64,000 bases of DNA from an uncultured Myxococcales bacterium (GTDB lineage Bacteria; Myxococcota_A; Bradymonadia; UBA7976; UBA1532), in NCBI GenBank assembly GCA_903847385.1, contig CAINDO010000224.1, positions 3,941 to 67,940 of the forward strand, given 5' to 3'. Made by a program: the position numbers and the translations under genes. The notes under the pieces were generated by a model, which was given only the letters and a program-made list of their open reading frames with translations, searched no databases and was not told the DNA's origin. Shown one piece after another: positions 11,901 through 20,140 of this stretch (the stretch's first letter is position 1; every line of letters starts with the position of its first letter).

Positions 11901-14800
11901 TGCGCCTCGAGGTCGCGACGGCGCTCGGGGACTGGCCCAAGGTCGCCGCGCTCCTGCGCAGTCGACTGGACCGTGCGCCGGCGAGCGAGCGGCCCGCGCT
12001 GCTGACGCGGCTCGCCGAGCTGGCCTTCGGCGCGCTCTCCCGGCCGGACGAGGGCATCGACCTCGCGCGGGGCGCGCTGCAGGAAGACCCGACGTATGTC
12101 CCGGCGCTGGCGTTGCTGGCCGAGCGCGCGTTTGCCGCCGCCGACTGGCGCGCTGCCGGGCAGGCGTACGAGCAACTGCTGGCGCTCGAAGGCGAGGCCG
12201 CGCGGCCCGAGGACCGTATGCGCCTGGCCATTACGCGCATGTACTCCGGCCGCCCCGCCGACGCGCTGCCGGTGCTGCTGAGCCTTCGACGTGCGGGCGA
12301 GCGTCTGCCGGACCTGGTGTCGACGCTGGCGGAGGCCTGCCTCCAGGCCACGGACGCGACGCACCTCGGCGAGGTCTTCGACGACCGACTCGCCGAGTGC
12401 ACCACCCCGGCGACCCGCGAGGGGTTCCTGCGCCGCGCGGCCGAGGTCTTCGAACGTGCGGGCGAGACCGCCCGGGCGCTCGACGCTTGGGACGCCGTAC
12501 TCGCCTCGCGACCGGGCGACGCGGAAGCACAGGCCGCATTGGAGCGCTTGCGCCCGCCGCCGCCGCCGGCCGAGCCCTCGATCGAACCGACCCCCACGCC
12601 GGCAGCGGTCGAGCCGGAGACGCCCCCGGAGCCCGTCGAGGCGCCGCTGGCGCCGCCCGAGCCGGTCAAGATGCTCTCGCCGTACCGCACGGTGGGGCCG
12701 TCGACGACCTCCCCGGACGCAAGCGAGCCGGACGCCCGCCGCGAGCGTCTCCTGGCGCAGGCGCGTGCCCTCGAAGCGACGGCGACGGCCGCCGTGGACG
12801 CCCAGGAGTCGGCGACCCAGTGGCTCGCCCTCGGCGAGCTCTATCGGGACGACCTGCACGATCCGGACAGCGCCGAGATCGCCTTCGCCGAGGTCATGAC
12901 CACGGCCACCGCCGGCGGCGCGGCCTGGTGCGCGGCCGAAGAGGCCCTCGAGGAGATCTACGGCGCCCGCAACGACTGGCCCGCCCTCGTCGCCCTCTAC
13001 GATGCCCGCCTGGATCACGGCGTCGGTGACCGGGCCGAACTCCTGGTGCTCAAGGCCTCGGTCCTGCGGCTCGCCGGAGAGGTCGGTGCCGCCATCGCCG
13101 CGGCGGAGTCCGCCGGGGCCGACGAGCGCGCCCGCGAGCTCCTCGTTGCGCTCCACGAGGCCGCGGGCCAGCCCGAGCGGGCCGCCCACGTGCTCACGCT
13201 CGACCTCGACGCGCTCCCCCCCGACGAGGCCGCCCAGCGTCGGTGGCGGGCCGCGACGCTCCTCTCGCGCCTCGAGCCGGGTCGTGCATGTGCGCTTTTC
13301 GCCGATGCCGCCGCGACGCTGACGGACGCCACGCTCGCCGAGGAGTGGCTGACCTGCGCCCGCCTCGCCGACGACGCCCTGGCCATCGTCGACGCGCTGG
13401 AGGGCCGCGCCGCCGCACACGGCGCCGTGGGGCCCGAGTCGATGCGCCGCTCGCGGCTGCTGTTCGAGGCGTCGGGCATCGCGCTCCAGCGGCTGCAGGA
13501 CACGGCGCGGGCTCGTGGCCTCCTCGAACGCTCCTTGGCGGCGTGGGCGGACAACGTCGAAGCACTGGAGCGCCTGGCGGATGTCCTGGAGACGCTCGGC
13601 GACGGCGACGCGCTGGCCGCCTGCCTCGAACAGCAGATCGCCGCGGCCTTGCCCGGCCCGTGGCGCGGCAAGCTGGGGCTTCGCCTGGCGCGGGTCCATG
13701 GCGAGATGCGCGGCGATCGCGTGGCCGCCGAGCGCTCCGCCCGGACGGCCGCGGACGACCTCGCGGGGACGCCGGACATCGAGGCCCTCGCGCTGTGGCT
13801 CGCTCCGACGCCGCTCCCCGCAGCCGCGACGCCGGCCCCGCTCCCCGGCGAGCCCCGGCCCGCCCGGCCGACCCGCGATCTGCCGATGGAGCCCGCCCGT
13901 CGGCACGAGCGGCTGCTCACCGAGCCGGGGACGAGCCTGGGCGAGCGCGCCTCCGCCTGGCGGGCGCTCGTCGAGATTCGCACCCGCGTTCCGGATCTTC
14001 AGCGCTTGCTCGGCCTGCTGGAGACGCGGTTGCTGGCGGCCACGGACGCCGGCGAACAGGCCACGCTGCACGCCCTGGCCGGCGAGCTGTGGCGCGGCCG
14101 CCTCGGCAACACGGAGCGCGCACGCGCCGAGTTCGACCGCGCGATCGCCCTGGACACGGGCAGCCCGCGCGCACACCTCGGCCTCGGAATCCTCGAGATG
14201 GACCGAGGGCACCTCGACACGGCCGTCGACCACCTGTTTCACGCGCTCGTCAACCGCGGCCCGGCCGGCGGGGGTCTGCTCGCCGAGGAGGAGCTCGCCG
14301 CGTTCCACCGTTTCCGGCGCGCGCTGGCCCAACTCGGGCGCACGGACCAGCTCGTCGTTCAAGCCGAGCGCCTGCTCGAGGCCAACCCGGCGAGCCGCCC
14401 GGCGCTGGACGCCGTGGACGGCGCCCTGAGCCAGCGACGCGAGTGGGGGCCCCTCCTGGCCCACTACGCACGCGCCCTGGCCGCAAGCGACGAGGGCCGC
14501 CGCAACGCGCGGCTCTGGCGTCGGCAGGCTGAGATTCTCCAGGCCACCGGCGATGGGCCCGCCGCGCTGCGGGCCCTGGCCGAGGCCGTCCGTGTCCACC
14601 CGGACGACGTCCACACGCGGATCGCCTCACTTCGCCTCGCGCACCAGCTCGGGGACGCTCCGGCGATCGTGCTCCACGGTGAGGCCCTGCTGCTTTTGCC
14701 CATCGAACGCTGGCTGTCCGCGGTGGAGTCGGATCCCGAGTGGCTGCGCCATCCCGAAGCCCTGCGGCGGACCGTCGCGGACGCGCGCGCCTCGCGTTGA
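8945..14800 (+). CDS. Giant tetratricopeptide-repeat (TPR) protein, 1951 aa, cytoplasmic
   Basis: GTG at 8945 is residue V56 of tracker ORF 8780..14800 and lies 7 nt after GGAGG at 8934-8938. A non-TPR N-terminal domain of about 190 aa is followed by dozens of Ala/Leu-rich TPR-like helical repeats. There is a Pro/Glu-rich linker around residue 1250, and TPRs continue to the C-terminus. No signal peptide. Confidence 0.8.
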   Translation: MARAERTRKSGFSLRLEQGQGRLVLTERRVGDLLFVEQLHLALRHVPARLDMTEGVERFRHAYTRLDQLAVAVDDQELASLLRTQVQGTALRELDLRVLDGDLVVAGEVFDGVPFVCRVRLEPASVGGERALLVSVYEVRVFGPCRAAGPEVATMVLQAAELAEHLAGPTCAVFDPVDRLAAEIFGQMGWKLPDRSGLRLTEARVEAGRVRIVAGRVEPNRGGLRSVTAPESPTAAMRYRRFLADYEAKTLYAALEADVAAGRIERAAAAYERQLELHPEHPFIVARLLQLWQARAETRAEADSLARAHLERYADDLDALVTLAVVQQSQGNAVGAAELYRRVARIAERQGDTIEAAQALCAVARALAPRDPSLAIEALERALALRRRLPGALRALADLYERAGNIAGAIQARERLLAAEAPGAVRLGLLLDLGRLTLERAGDAQAAASWFERLIEESPEEVDAWLGLASAHEMSGRLLPAVRALDRAAVLLQQRGEARWAARVLVRLGDLWKDLPEGGAATAALRYRQALLLEPALPAALLGLAEAAASEGDARRARTHLEELLRLGNQTPGGERVEAADRIHAHLRLGHLYAEALADPQQAIGHYQKCLDGTPDQLEEALGALEALFTALGRFDDLARVLEMAAERATEPSVKAARLVRLAGVLRDSMSDLRRAASLLAEATRLQPGRTDYLRSLVDLQRRRGDAAAAAEALLALTQVVEAPAELAVLYAERADLLRHKLNRADEAAETWSLALGCDPACLPALEGLADIYRERERFPELAALLGRWAALESDPDTAAQLYLELGRLNRTTLQRPEHAREAYEKALVLAPKDAEALRGVGDLFFEMGRPAQAATHYERLLAVYEAEGFDEAPGPFLSRMAVVCERLHRDAEAVTLLERARDLDSERIDVYEAAQDLLLRAGDLEAIVTFFEQGLERARRAETRAFLARRAGRLLWRELRRPADAAPRLDEAAKLLPDDLDVATVRLEVATALGDWPKVAALLRSRLDRAPASERPALLTRLAELAFGALSRPDEGIDLARGALQEDPTYVPALALLAERAFAAADWRAAGQAYEQLLALEGEAARPEDRMRLAITRMYSGRPADALPVLLSLRRAGERLPDLVSTLAEACLQATDATHLGEVFDDRLAECTTPATREGFLRRAAEVFERAGETARALDAWDAVLASRPGDAEAQAALERLRPPPPPAEPSIEPTPTPAAVEPETPPEPVEAPLAPPEPVKMLSPYRTVGPSTTSPDASEPDARRERLLAQARALEATATAAVDAQESATQWLALGELYRDDLHDPDSAEIAFAEVMTTATAGGAAWCAAEEALEEIYGARNDWPALVALYDARLDHGVGDRAELLVLKASVLRLAGEVGAAIAAAESAGADERARELLVALHEAAGQPERAAHVLTLDLDALPPDEAAQRRWRAATLLSRLEPGRACALFADAAATLTDATLAEEWLTCARLADDALAIVDALEGRAAAHGAVGPESMRRSRLLFEASGIALQRLQDTARARGLLERSLAAWADNVEALERLADVLETLGDGDALAACLEQQIAAALPGPWRGKLGLRLARVHGEMRGDRVAAERSARTAADDLAGTPDIEALALWLAPTPLPAAATPAPLPGEPRPARPTRDLPMEPARRHERLLTEPGTSLGERASAWRALVEIRTRVPDLQRLLGLLETRLLAATDAGEQATLHALAGELWRGRLGNTERARAEFDRAIALDTGSPRAHLGLGILEMDRGHLDTAVDHLFHALVNRGPAGGGLLAEEELAAFHRFRRALAQLGRTDQLVVQAERLLEANPASRPALDAVDGALSQRREWGPLLAHYARALAASDEGRRNARLWRRQAEILQATGDGPAALRALAEAVRVHPDDVHTRIASLRLAHQLGDAPAIVLHGEALLLLPIERWLSAVESDPEWLRHPEALRRTVADARASR

Positions 14801-14881
14801 CGCTCTCCCGGGGCCGTGCTAATGCACCGGGCTCCCGATGACCCGCCGGATGACGCGGGGGAGCTTAAGCGGAGGATTCCT

Positions 14882-15760
14882 ATGAGGATGCGTGGAGTGG
14901 GGTACATCCTGGTGGCGGGCCTGGCGCTGAGCGCGTGCGGCGGGCGACAGAGCGCCCTCGTCGAGGCGGCGCCCGCACCGGTCAAGGTCGGCGACGCGAC
15001 CGCGAAGCTCGAACAAGCCGAGGCCCATTGGGCCAAGCGCGGCGAGAAGTCCGAGGCCCTCGCCGCCATCGCCGCCTGGGAAGAGGCGGAGAAGCTCGAC
15101 GCCACGGACGCGAGCATCCCCTTGAAGCTGGCCTATGCCTGGTACTTCCTCGCCAACGCCCACCTGTATTGGGAAGAGGACGAGGACGGCATGAAGGCCG
15201 CCTACGACAAGGGCGTCACCGAGGGAGAGCGCGCCATCAACCTGGTCAGCCCGGCCTTCGCCGAGCAGATCCGCAATGGCAAGGCCTGGGAGCAGGCGAT
15301 TCCGACGGTGGGCAAGGAGGGCCAGGCGGCGATTTACTGGTACGCCACCAACCTCGGCCGCTGGGCCACGCTCGACGGTATCACCACGCTCCTGTCCAAC
15401 AAGGACCGCGTCTTCGCGATCATGGAGCACTGCCTGAAGCTCGACGAGACGTACTTCCACGGCGCGCCGCACCGGTACTTCGGGGTCGCCTACACGAAGA
15501 TCCCGTTCCCGAGCGGCGACCTGCCCCGGGCCCGCAAGGCGTTCGAGCGCGCCATCGAGATCGACGCGAAGTACGCCGACAGCCGCATCCTCTTCGCCGA
15601 GTCGTATGCCCCCAAGGCCGGGGACAAGGAGCTCTACCTCAAGCTCCTCAACGACGTCCTCGCCCTGCCGGACGACGTCATCCCCGAGCTCGTGCCGGAG
15701 ACGCGAAACGCCAAGCGCAAGGCCCAGAAGATGCTGGGCGACGCCGCCGACCTGTTCTGA
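14882..15760 (+). CDS. Hypothetical lipoprotein (292 aa), helical
   Basis: ATG at 14882 follows GGAGG. MRMRGVGYILVAGLALSAC has lipobox LSAC. No recognisable catalytic motif. Confidence 0.6.
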   Translation: MRMRGVGYILVAGLALSACGGRQSALVEAAPAPVKVGDATAKLEQAEAHWAKRGEKSEALAAIAAWEEAEKLDATDASIPLKLAYAWYFLANAHLYWEEDEDGMKAAYDKGVTEGERAINLVSPAFAEQIRNGKAWEQAIPTVGKEGQAAIYWYATNLGRWATLDGITTLLSNKDRVFAIMEHCLKLDETYFHGAPHRYFGVAYTKIPFPSGDLPRARKAFERAIEIDAKYADSRILFAESYAPKAGDKELYLKLLNDVLALPDDVIPELVPETRNAKRKAQKMLGDAADLF

Positions 15761-15802
15761 GACGAGGCCCGGCCGCGGGCATTTCCCCCGGCCAGAGGCG
15801 CC

Positions 15803-17443
15803 TCAGGGCGCGGACGGGGCCTGCGAGGCCGGCGCTTCGTCGTCGAAGCCGTCCATGGCCTTTTGCGTCAGGTCGTTCAGATCGAGCACCTTGCCCGTGT
15901 CGGACGCGGGCGCGCTCGCGGCCCCCGAGGCCGGCGCCGAGGGGGGCTCGTCATCGAAGCCCTCCATGCTCTTGGCCGTGAGGTCCGAGATGTCCAGGGC
16001 AGCGCCCTCGCTGGCCGGCGCGGAGGCCCCAACCGACGCGGGCGCGGCGCTCACGGGTACGGCGACCGCTGCGGGCTCTTCCTCCGGCGCCGCCGGGCGG
16101 CCGTTCCAGGGGAACGCCTCGTACACGGCCACGCCGTTCTTCCAGTTGAGCGCGGCCTTGCTGAGCGTCGGCACGTACATGAGCACGCAGAGGCCGAGGC
16201 AGGTGAGGCCGAGCGTCGGCAGCACCGCGCGCGTGACCTGTCCGAAGGGCTTGCGGAACACCGCGGCGGACACGAACAGGTTCGTGGCGACGGGCGGCAT
16301 CAGGTAGCCGATCTCCATGTTCACCACGAAGACGACGCCGAAGTGCACCGGGTCGATGCCGTAGAGCTTCCAGGCGATCGGGGCCAGCATCGGGGCGAAG
16401 ATCAGCGTGCAGCTGATCGAGTCCATCAGGGCCCCGATGACGATCAGGAAGATGTTGACCATGAACAGGAACTCGAACGGCCCGAACTGCTTGGCGATGA
16501 GCCAGCCCTCGAGCGAGTCCTTGACCTCGGCGAGCGCGATGAACTCGTTGAGCCCGAACGAGAGCGCGATGATCGGGAGCAGGGAGCCCATCAGGCCCGC
16601 GGTGTCCACCAGGGCCTTCTTCAAGCCGTCGAAGGTGAGCTCGCGGTAGACGACCATCGTGACGACGATGGCGTAGACCCCGGCCGGGCCACCGGCCTCC
16701 GAGGGCGTGAAGAACCCGCCATAGATGCCCCCGAGCACGACGCCGGGCAGCAGCAGCGCCCAGATGCCGTTCCGGATGGCCTGGAAGAGGGCGCGCACCG
16801 TGAACTTCGGCCGCTCCTCTTTGACCGACAGGCCCTTGAAGACGGCGTAGACCATCAGAAGGCCGGCCATGAAGGTCGCCGGGAGCATGCCGCCCAGGAA
16901 CATGTCCTCGGGGGCGACGGCCGCGGGGCTGCCCGTCGTGCTCAGCGAGTAGAACAGCATCGCCTGCGAGGGCGGCACCAGGCAGCCCAGCGAGCCCGCC
17001 GTGGTGAGCAGGCCGAGGGCGAAGTTCTCCGGGTAACCGGCGCGGACGAGCGCCGGGAACATGATCGACCCGATGGCGATGAGCGTGACCGGTGACGACC
17101 CGGTGATGGAGCCGAAGAGCATGCACGCGACGATGGCGGCGACGGCCATGCCCCCGGGCAACCACCCGAACGCCGCTTCGGCCACGGCGATCAGGCGTTT
17201 GGCAATGCCGCCGGCCGTCATGATCGCGCCGGAGATCGTGAACAGCGGGATCGCCAGGAACTCCTGCTTCGTGAAGAGGTCCTCGCTCTTCTGGATCACG
17301 ATGAGCAGGTTCTCCACGTCCCGATACTCGGGCATGAAGATGGCGAAGAGCAGGAGCGTCGCCCCGCCCATGATGGTGAGCAGCGGCGAGCCGATGAGCA
17401 CCAGGACCAGCATGATGGCGCTGAAGATGAGAATCGCGCTCAC
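15803..17443 (-). CDS. dctM: TRAP transporter large permease DctM with a roughly 110-aa C-terminal Ala/Pro/acidic extension
   Basis: GTG at 17443 is residue V56 of the tracker ORF and follows GGAGGG. It is a polytopic membrane protein with the typical DctM core. The C-terminus carries two copies of the motif LD(I/L)xDLTxK(S/A)M(E/D)GFDDE. GTGA overlap with dctQ. Confidence 0.85.
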   Translation of the reverse strand: MSAILIFSAIMLVLVLIGSPLLTIMGGATLLLFAIFMPEYRDVENLLIVIQKSEDLFTKQEFLAIPLFTISGAIMTAGGIAKRLIAVAEAAFGWLPGGMAVAAIVACMLFGSITGSSPVTLIAIGSIMFPALVRAGYPENFALGLLTTAGSLGCLVPPSQAMLFYSLSTTGSPAAVAPEDMFLGGMLPATFMAGLLMVYAVFKGLSVKEERPKFTVRALFQAIRNGIWALLLPGVVLGGIYGGFFTPSEAGGPAGVYAIVVTMVVYRELTFDGLKKALVDTAGLMGSLLPIIALSFGLNEFIALAEVKDSLEGWLIAKQFGPFEFLFMVNIFLIVIGALMDSISCTLIFAPMLAPIAWKLYGIDPVHFGVVFVVNMEIGYLMPPVATNLFVSAAVFRKPFGQVTRAVLPTLGLTCLGLCVLMYVPTLSKAALNWKNGVAVYEAFPWNGRPAAPEEEPAAVAVPVSAAPASVGASAPASEGAALDISDLTAKSMEGFDDEPPSAPASGAASAPASDTGKVLDLNDLTQKAMDGFDDEAPASQAPSAP

Positions 17444-18216
17444 GTGGCCCCCTCCGAAGCGCCCTCGGCGTCGTCGGCCGGGCCGAGCGCCTGCCCCAGG
17501 AATCGCAGGCCGATCATGCCAAAGGCATGGGGGATGACCGCCAGGGCCACCCACTTCGGGACCTCGAGGGTCTCGTCCAGCAGGGCGGTGAGGGGATGCT
17601 CCGCCCACTGCAGGTAGTACGCGCGCACGGAGATGAGCGCGAAGTAGGCGATGAGCAGGCAGAACGCCGCGGTGACCACGCCGGCGATGCGCCGCACCGT
17701 CGGCGCGATCGAGGCCGGCCAGATCTTCTCACCGACCTCGACGGTGAGGTGGCGCTTCTCGTAGGTCGCCATCGAGGCTCCCAGGAATCCCATCAGGATG
17801 ACCAGCGTGAGGCAGCCCTTGATCGCCCAGGGGAGGCCGTTCGGCAGCGTCGTCAGGACCAGCCACACGCAGCCGGAGAGCGCAGCGGTGATGCCAGCCG
17901 CGAGCCCGACGTCCCGTCCCCAGGTCGAGGGCGTCTTGCGTGTCGTCGTCCGCATCGCCAGCAGGGCGAGCAGGAACCCGAGCAGCAGGTTGAGGCCCAG
18001 CGACAGGGGCCCGTGAACGAACTCGGGGTCGGCGTCGACGCCGAGACGACCGAAGAGCCAGAGCAGCCCCGTCGACAGGCGGCCTTGGGGGCGCTCGAAG
18101 ACCCGGTGGACGACCGACACGAACATCAGCCCGACGATGCCCAGGCTGGCCACCCAGGCGATGAAACACTCGAAGATGTAGAGGGCCCGGTCGACCCGGC
18201 GCAGCGTGGCCCCCAC
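17440..18216 (-). CDS. dctQ: TRAP transporter small permease DctQ
   Basis: 258 aa with four predicted TM helices, sitting between dctP and dctM. Its stop overlaps the dctM start. Confidence 0.7.
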   Translation of the reverse strand: MGATLRRVDRALYIFECFIAWVASLGIVGLMFVSVVHRVFERPQGRLSTGLLWLFGRLGVDADPEFVHGPLSLGLNLLLGFLLALLAMRTTTRKTPSTWGRDVGLAAGITAALSGCVWLVLTTLPNGLPWAIKGCLTLVILMGFLGASMATYEKRHLTVEVGEKIWPASIAPTVRRIAGVVTAAFCLLIAYFALISVRAYYLQWAEHPLTALLDETLEVPKWVALAVIPHAFGMIGLRFLGQALGPADDAEGASEGAT

Positions 18217-18220
18217 GCGG

Positions 18221-19279
18221 CTACTTCCCGCCCCGGAGCGCCTTCAGGGCGGCCTCGACGTCCGTCATGAGCTTGCCCGTCTCGTCCTTGGACTGGCGCT
18301 GCCTCAGGAAGTCGCGGACCCCCGCGGTCGCCGTCTCGAAGGCACCACGCTCCGCCGGCGTCAGTTCGCCGACCTGCACGCCCGCCGCGGCGATGATCTT
18401 GAGGAGATCGGGCTGAATCTTGCGGACTGCGTTGCGGCCCTTCGACTGCATCGCGCGGCCTTCCTCGACCAGGATCTTCTGCAGCTCCGGCGCCAGGGCC
18501 GCGAACCACTTCTGGTTGTAGACGATGATGGCGGGCTGGTAGATGTGATTGGAAATCGTGAAGAATTTCACGGTCTTATGCCAGCTCGCGGCCACGGCGA
18601 ACAGCGTCGCCTGGTCGAAGCCGTCGACGGTGCCCGTCTCCAGGGCGGTCAGCGCCTCCGTCGAAGGGATGGGCGCCGGTTGCGCCCCGAGCCGCTTCCA
18701 CATCTCCTGGTGAACGGGCGACTCCTGCGAGCGCATCTTCTTGCCCGCGAGGTCCTTGGGCGCGTGCACGGCGACGTCCTTCGTACCGAACTGCCGGAAG
18801 CCGTTCTCGCTCCAGAAGCCCATCACGAGGCCGTACTTCGGGAAGATGCGGTCCATCGCCGGCGTGATCACCGAGTCGATGACCTTGTCCGCCTCGTCCG
18901 CGTTGCGGAAGAGGAACGGCAGCTCCACGACGTTGAGCTCCGGCACCTGCGACGCCAACGCACCCGTCGACGCGCCCACGGCCTGAATCTGGCCGCGCTT
19001 GCACTTGTTGACGGTCTCGTTCTCGTCTCCGAGCTGCCCGCCCAGGAAGATCTTCACCTGGATGCGGCCGTTGCTCTTCGCCTCGACGGCTTGCTTGTAT
19101 TTCTTCAGGAGCTCCGACCACGGCGTCCGATCCGGCGCGACCGTGGCCAGCTTCATCACGACCTCGGGCGGCGCCGAGGGCGGCGGCGCGGGGTCGGCGG
19201 CGAGGGCGATGCCCCCGAAGGAGCTCAGGCAGAGGCCGAGCGAAACGAGGGGCAAGAGACGGCGAACGAAGCGGTTCAT
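18221..19279 (-). CDS. dctP: TRAP transporter solute-binding protein DctP
   Basis: MNRFVRRLLPLVSLGLCLSSFGGIALA is a signal peptide. DctP-family periplasmic binding fold. It is the first gene of the dctPQM operon. Confidence 0.85.
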   Translation of the reverse strand: MNRFVRRLLPLVSLGLCLSSFGGIALAADPAPPPSAPPEVVMKLATVAPDRTPWSELLKKYKQAVEAKSNGRIQVKIFLGGQLGDENETVNKCKRGQIQAVGASTGALASQVPELNVVELPFLFRNADEADKVIDSVITPAMDRIFPKYGLVMGFWSENGFRQFGTKDVAVHAPKDLAGKKMRSQESPVHQEMWKRLGAQPAPIPSTEALTALETGTVDGFDQATLFAVAASWHKTVKFFTISNHIYQPAIIVYNQKWFAALAPELQKILVEEGRAMQSKGRNAVRKIQPDLLKIIAAAGVQVGELTPAERGAFETATAGVRDFLRQRQSKDETGKLMTDVEAALKALRGGK

Positions 19280-19369
19280 CGAATCCTCGCGCGGTGAGCG
19301 TCGGTTCCTGGGACGGCGCCGACAGCGGATTGATTCACGTCCGAGCGGGTGCGAGGGGCACCCGACGCG

Positions 19370-19897
19370 TCACTTGGACTTGGCCGGGCTCTTGCGGGTC
19401 GTGGCCGCGGGTGCCGGTTTTTCGGTCTTCTCGGCCTTCGGGGCGGGCTTCTCGGCCGCGGGGGCCGGCTCGGCGGCGGGCTCGGTCTTGCCGAACGCGC
19501 CGTACGCCGACTGCGCCATCGACCGCGTCGCGCTCTTCGCCGCGTCCTCGGCCTTCAAGCGCGCCTGATCGGCGGCCCGGGCGGCGATCCGCGCCGCTTC
19601 GACGGCCTCGTTCGCGACGGCCTGAACGTCGTCGAGCCGGCGCTGAGTGTCGCCGACCTCGCGTTCGAGGCGCTCGACGTTGCGCCGCAGGGCCTTGAGC
19701 TCGTCGCGCGTGACCAGCTTCAGGCTCTTCACCATGCCGGCGACCTGCTGGTCGACCATGGTGCGGGCCTCGGTCGAGACGGTGAAGGCCTTGGTGATCG
19801 CCTTCATCACGGCTTCGTTCTGCAGGAGTTTCATGGCCTGGTCGCTCTGCATGAGCTTGCCGACACCCTGAAACACCGCGTCTTTGAGCTGGGTCAC
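19370..19897 (-). CDS. Phasin / PhaF-like protein with a histone H1-like Lys/Ala/Pro-rich C-terminal tail
   Basis: The GTG at 19897 lies 6 nt after AGGAGG; a GTG at 19903 is the alternative start. The helical N-terminal part (LVTRDELKALRRNVERLEREV) is followed by AEKPAPKAEKTEKPAPAATTRKSPAKSK. Confidence 0.55.
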   Translation of the reverse strand: MTQLKDAVFQGVGKLMQSDQAMKLLQNEAVMKAITKAFTVSTEARTMVDQQVAGMVKSLKLVTRDELKALRRNVERLEREVGDTQRRLDDVQAVANEAVEAARIAARAADQARLKAEDAAKSATRSMAQSAYGAFGKTEPAAEPAPAAEKPAPKAEKTEKPAPAATTRKSPAKSK

Positions 19898-20140
19898 GTT
19901 CACCCTCCTGAAAATCGGCCGGCGTCCGCCCGGCAAAAAAACGGCGGGAGAATGGCGCTCGCGAGCCCCCGTGTCAACGGGGACCGCACCGCCGCGGGAG
20001 GTGCCGACGACCCCTTGCCGTGCTTCACGACCCGCTGCTAGGTTCCGCGCGACCGAACGCTCGTTCGTAGCGTCGGTTCAGCGCTCTCATTTCGCCGGTG
20101 TGCCCGGCCACTCGCTCAGCGGTGTCCCGAAGTCCTGCCC

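Noticed and set aside
8549-14614. 2021-aa minus-strand ORF antisense to the giant TPR gene
   Set aside because: Its composition is dominated by Arg, Gly, Ala and Pro with no domain structure. It is the classic high-GC antisense shadow of a long real gene. The plus-strand frame has coherent TPR periodicity and an RBS.
15761-15802. GC-rich imperfect hairpin between the convergent lipoprotein and dctM genes, considered as a bidirectional intrinsic terminator
   Set aside because: The stem is imperfect and there is no flanking T/A tract. In a 70% GC genome such hairpins are common, so the call cannot be supported.
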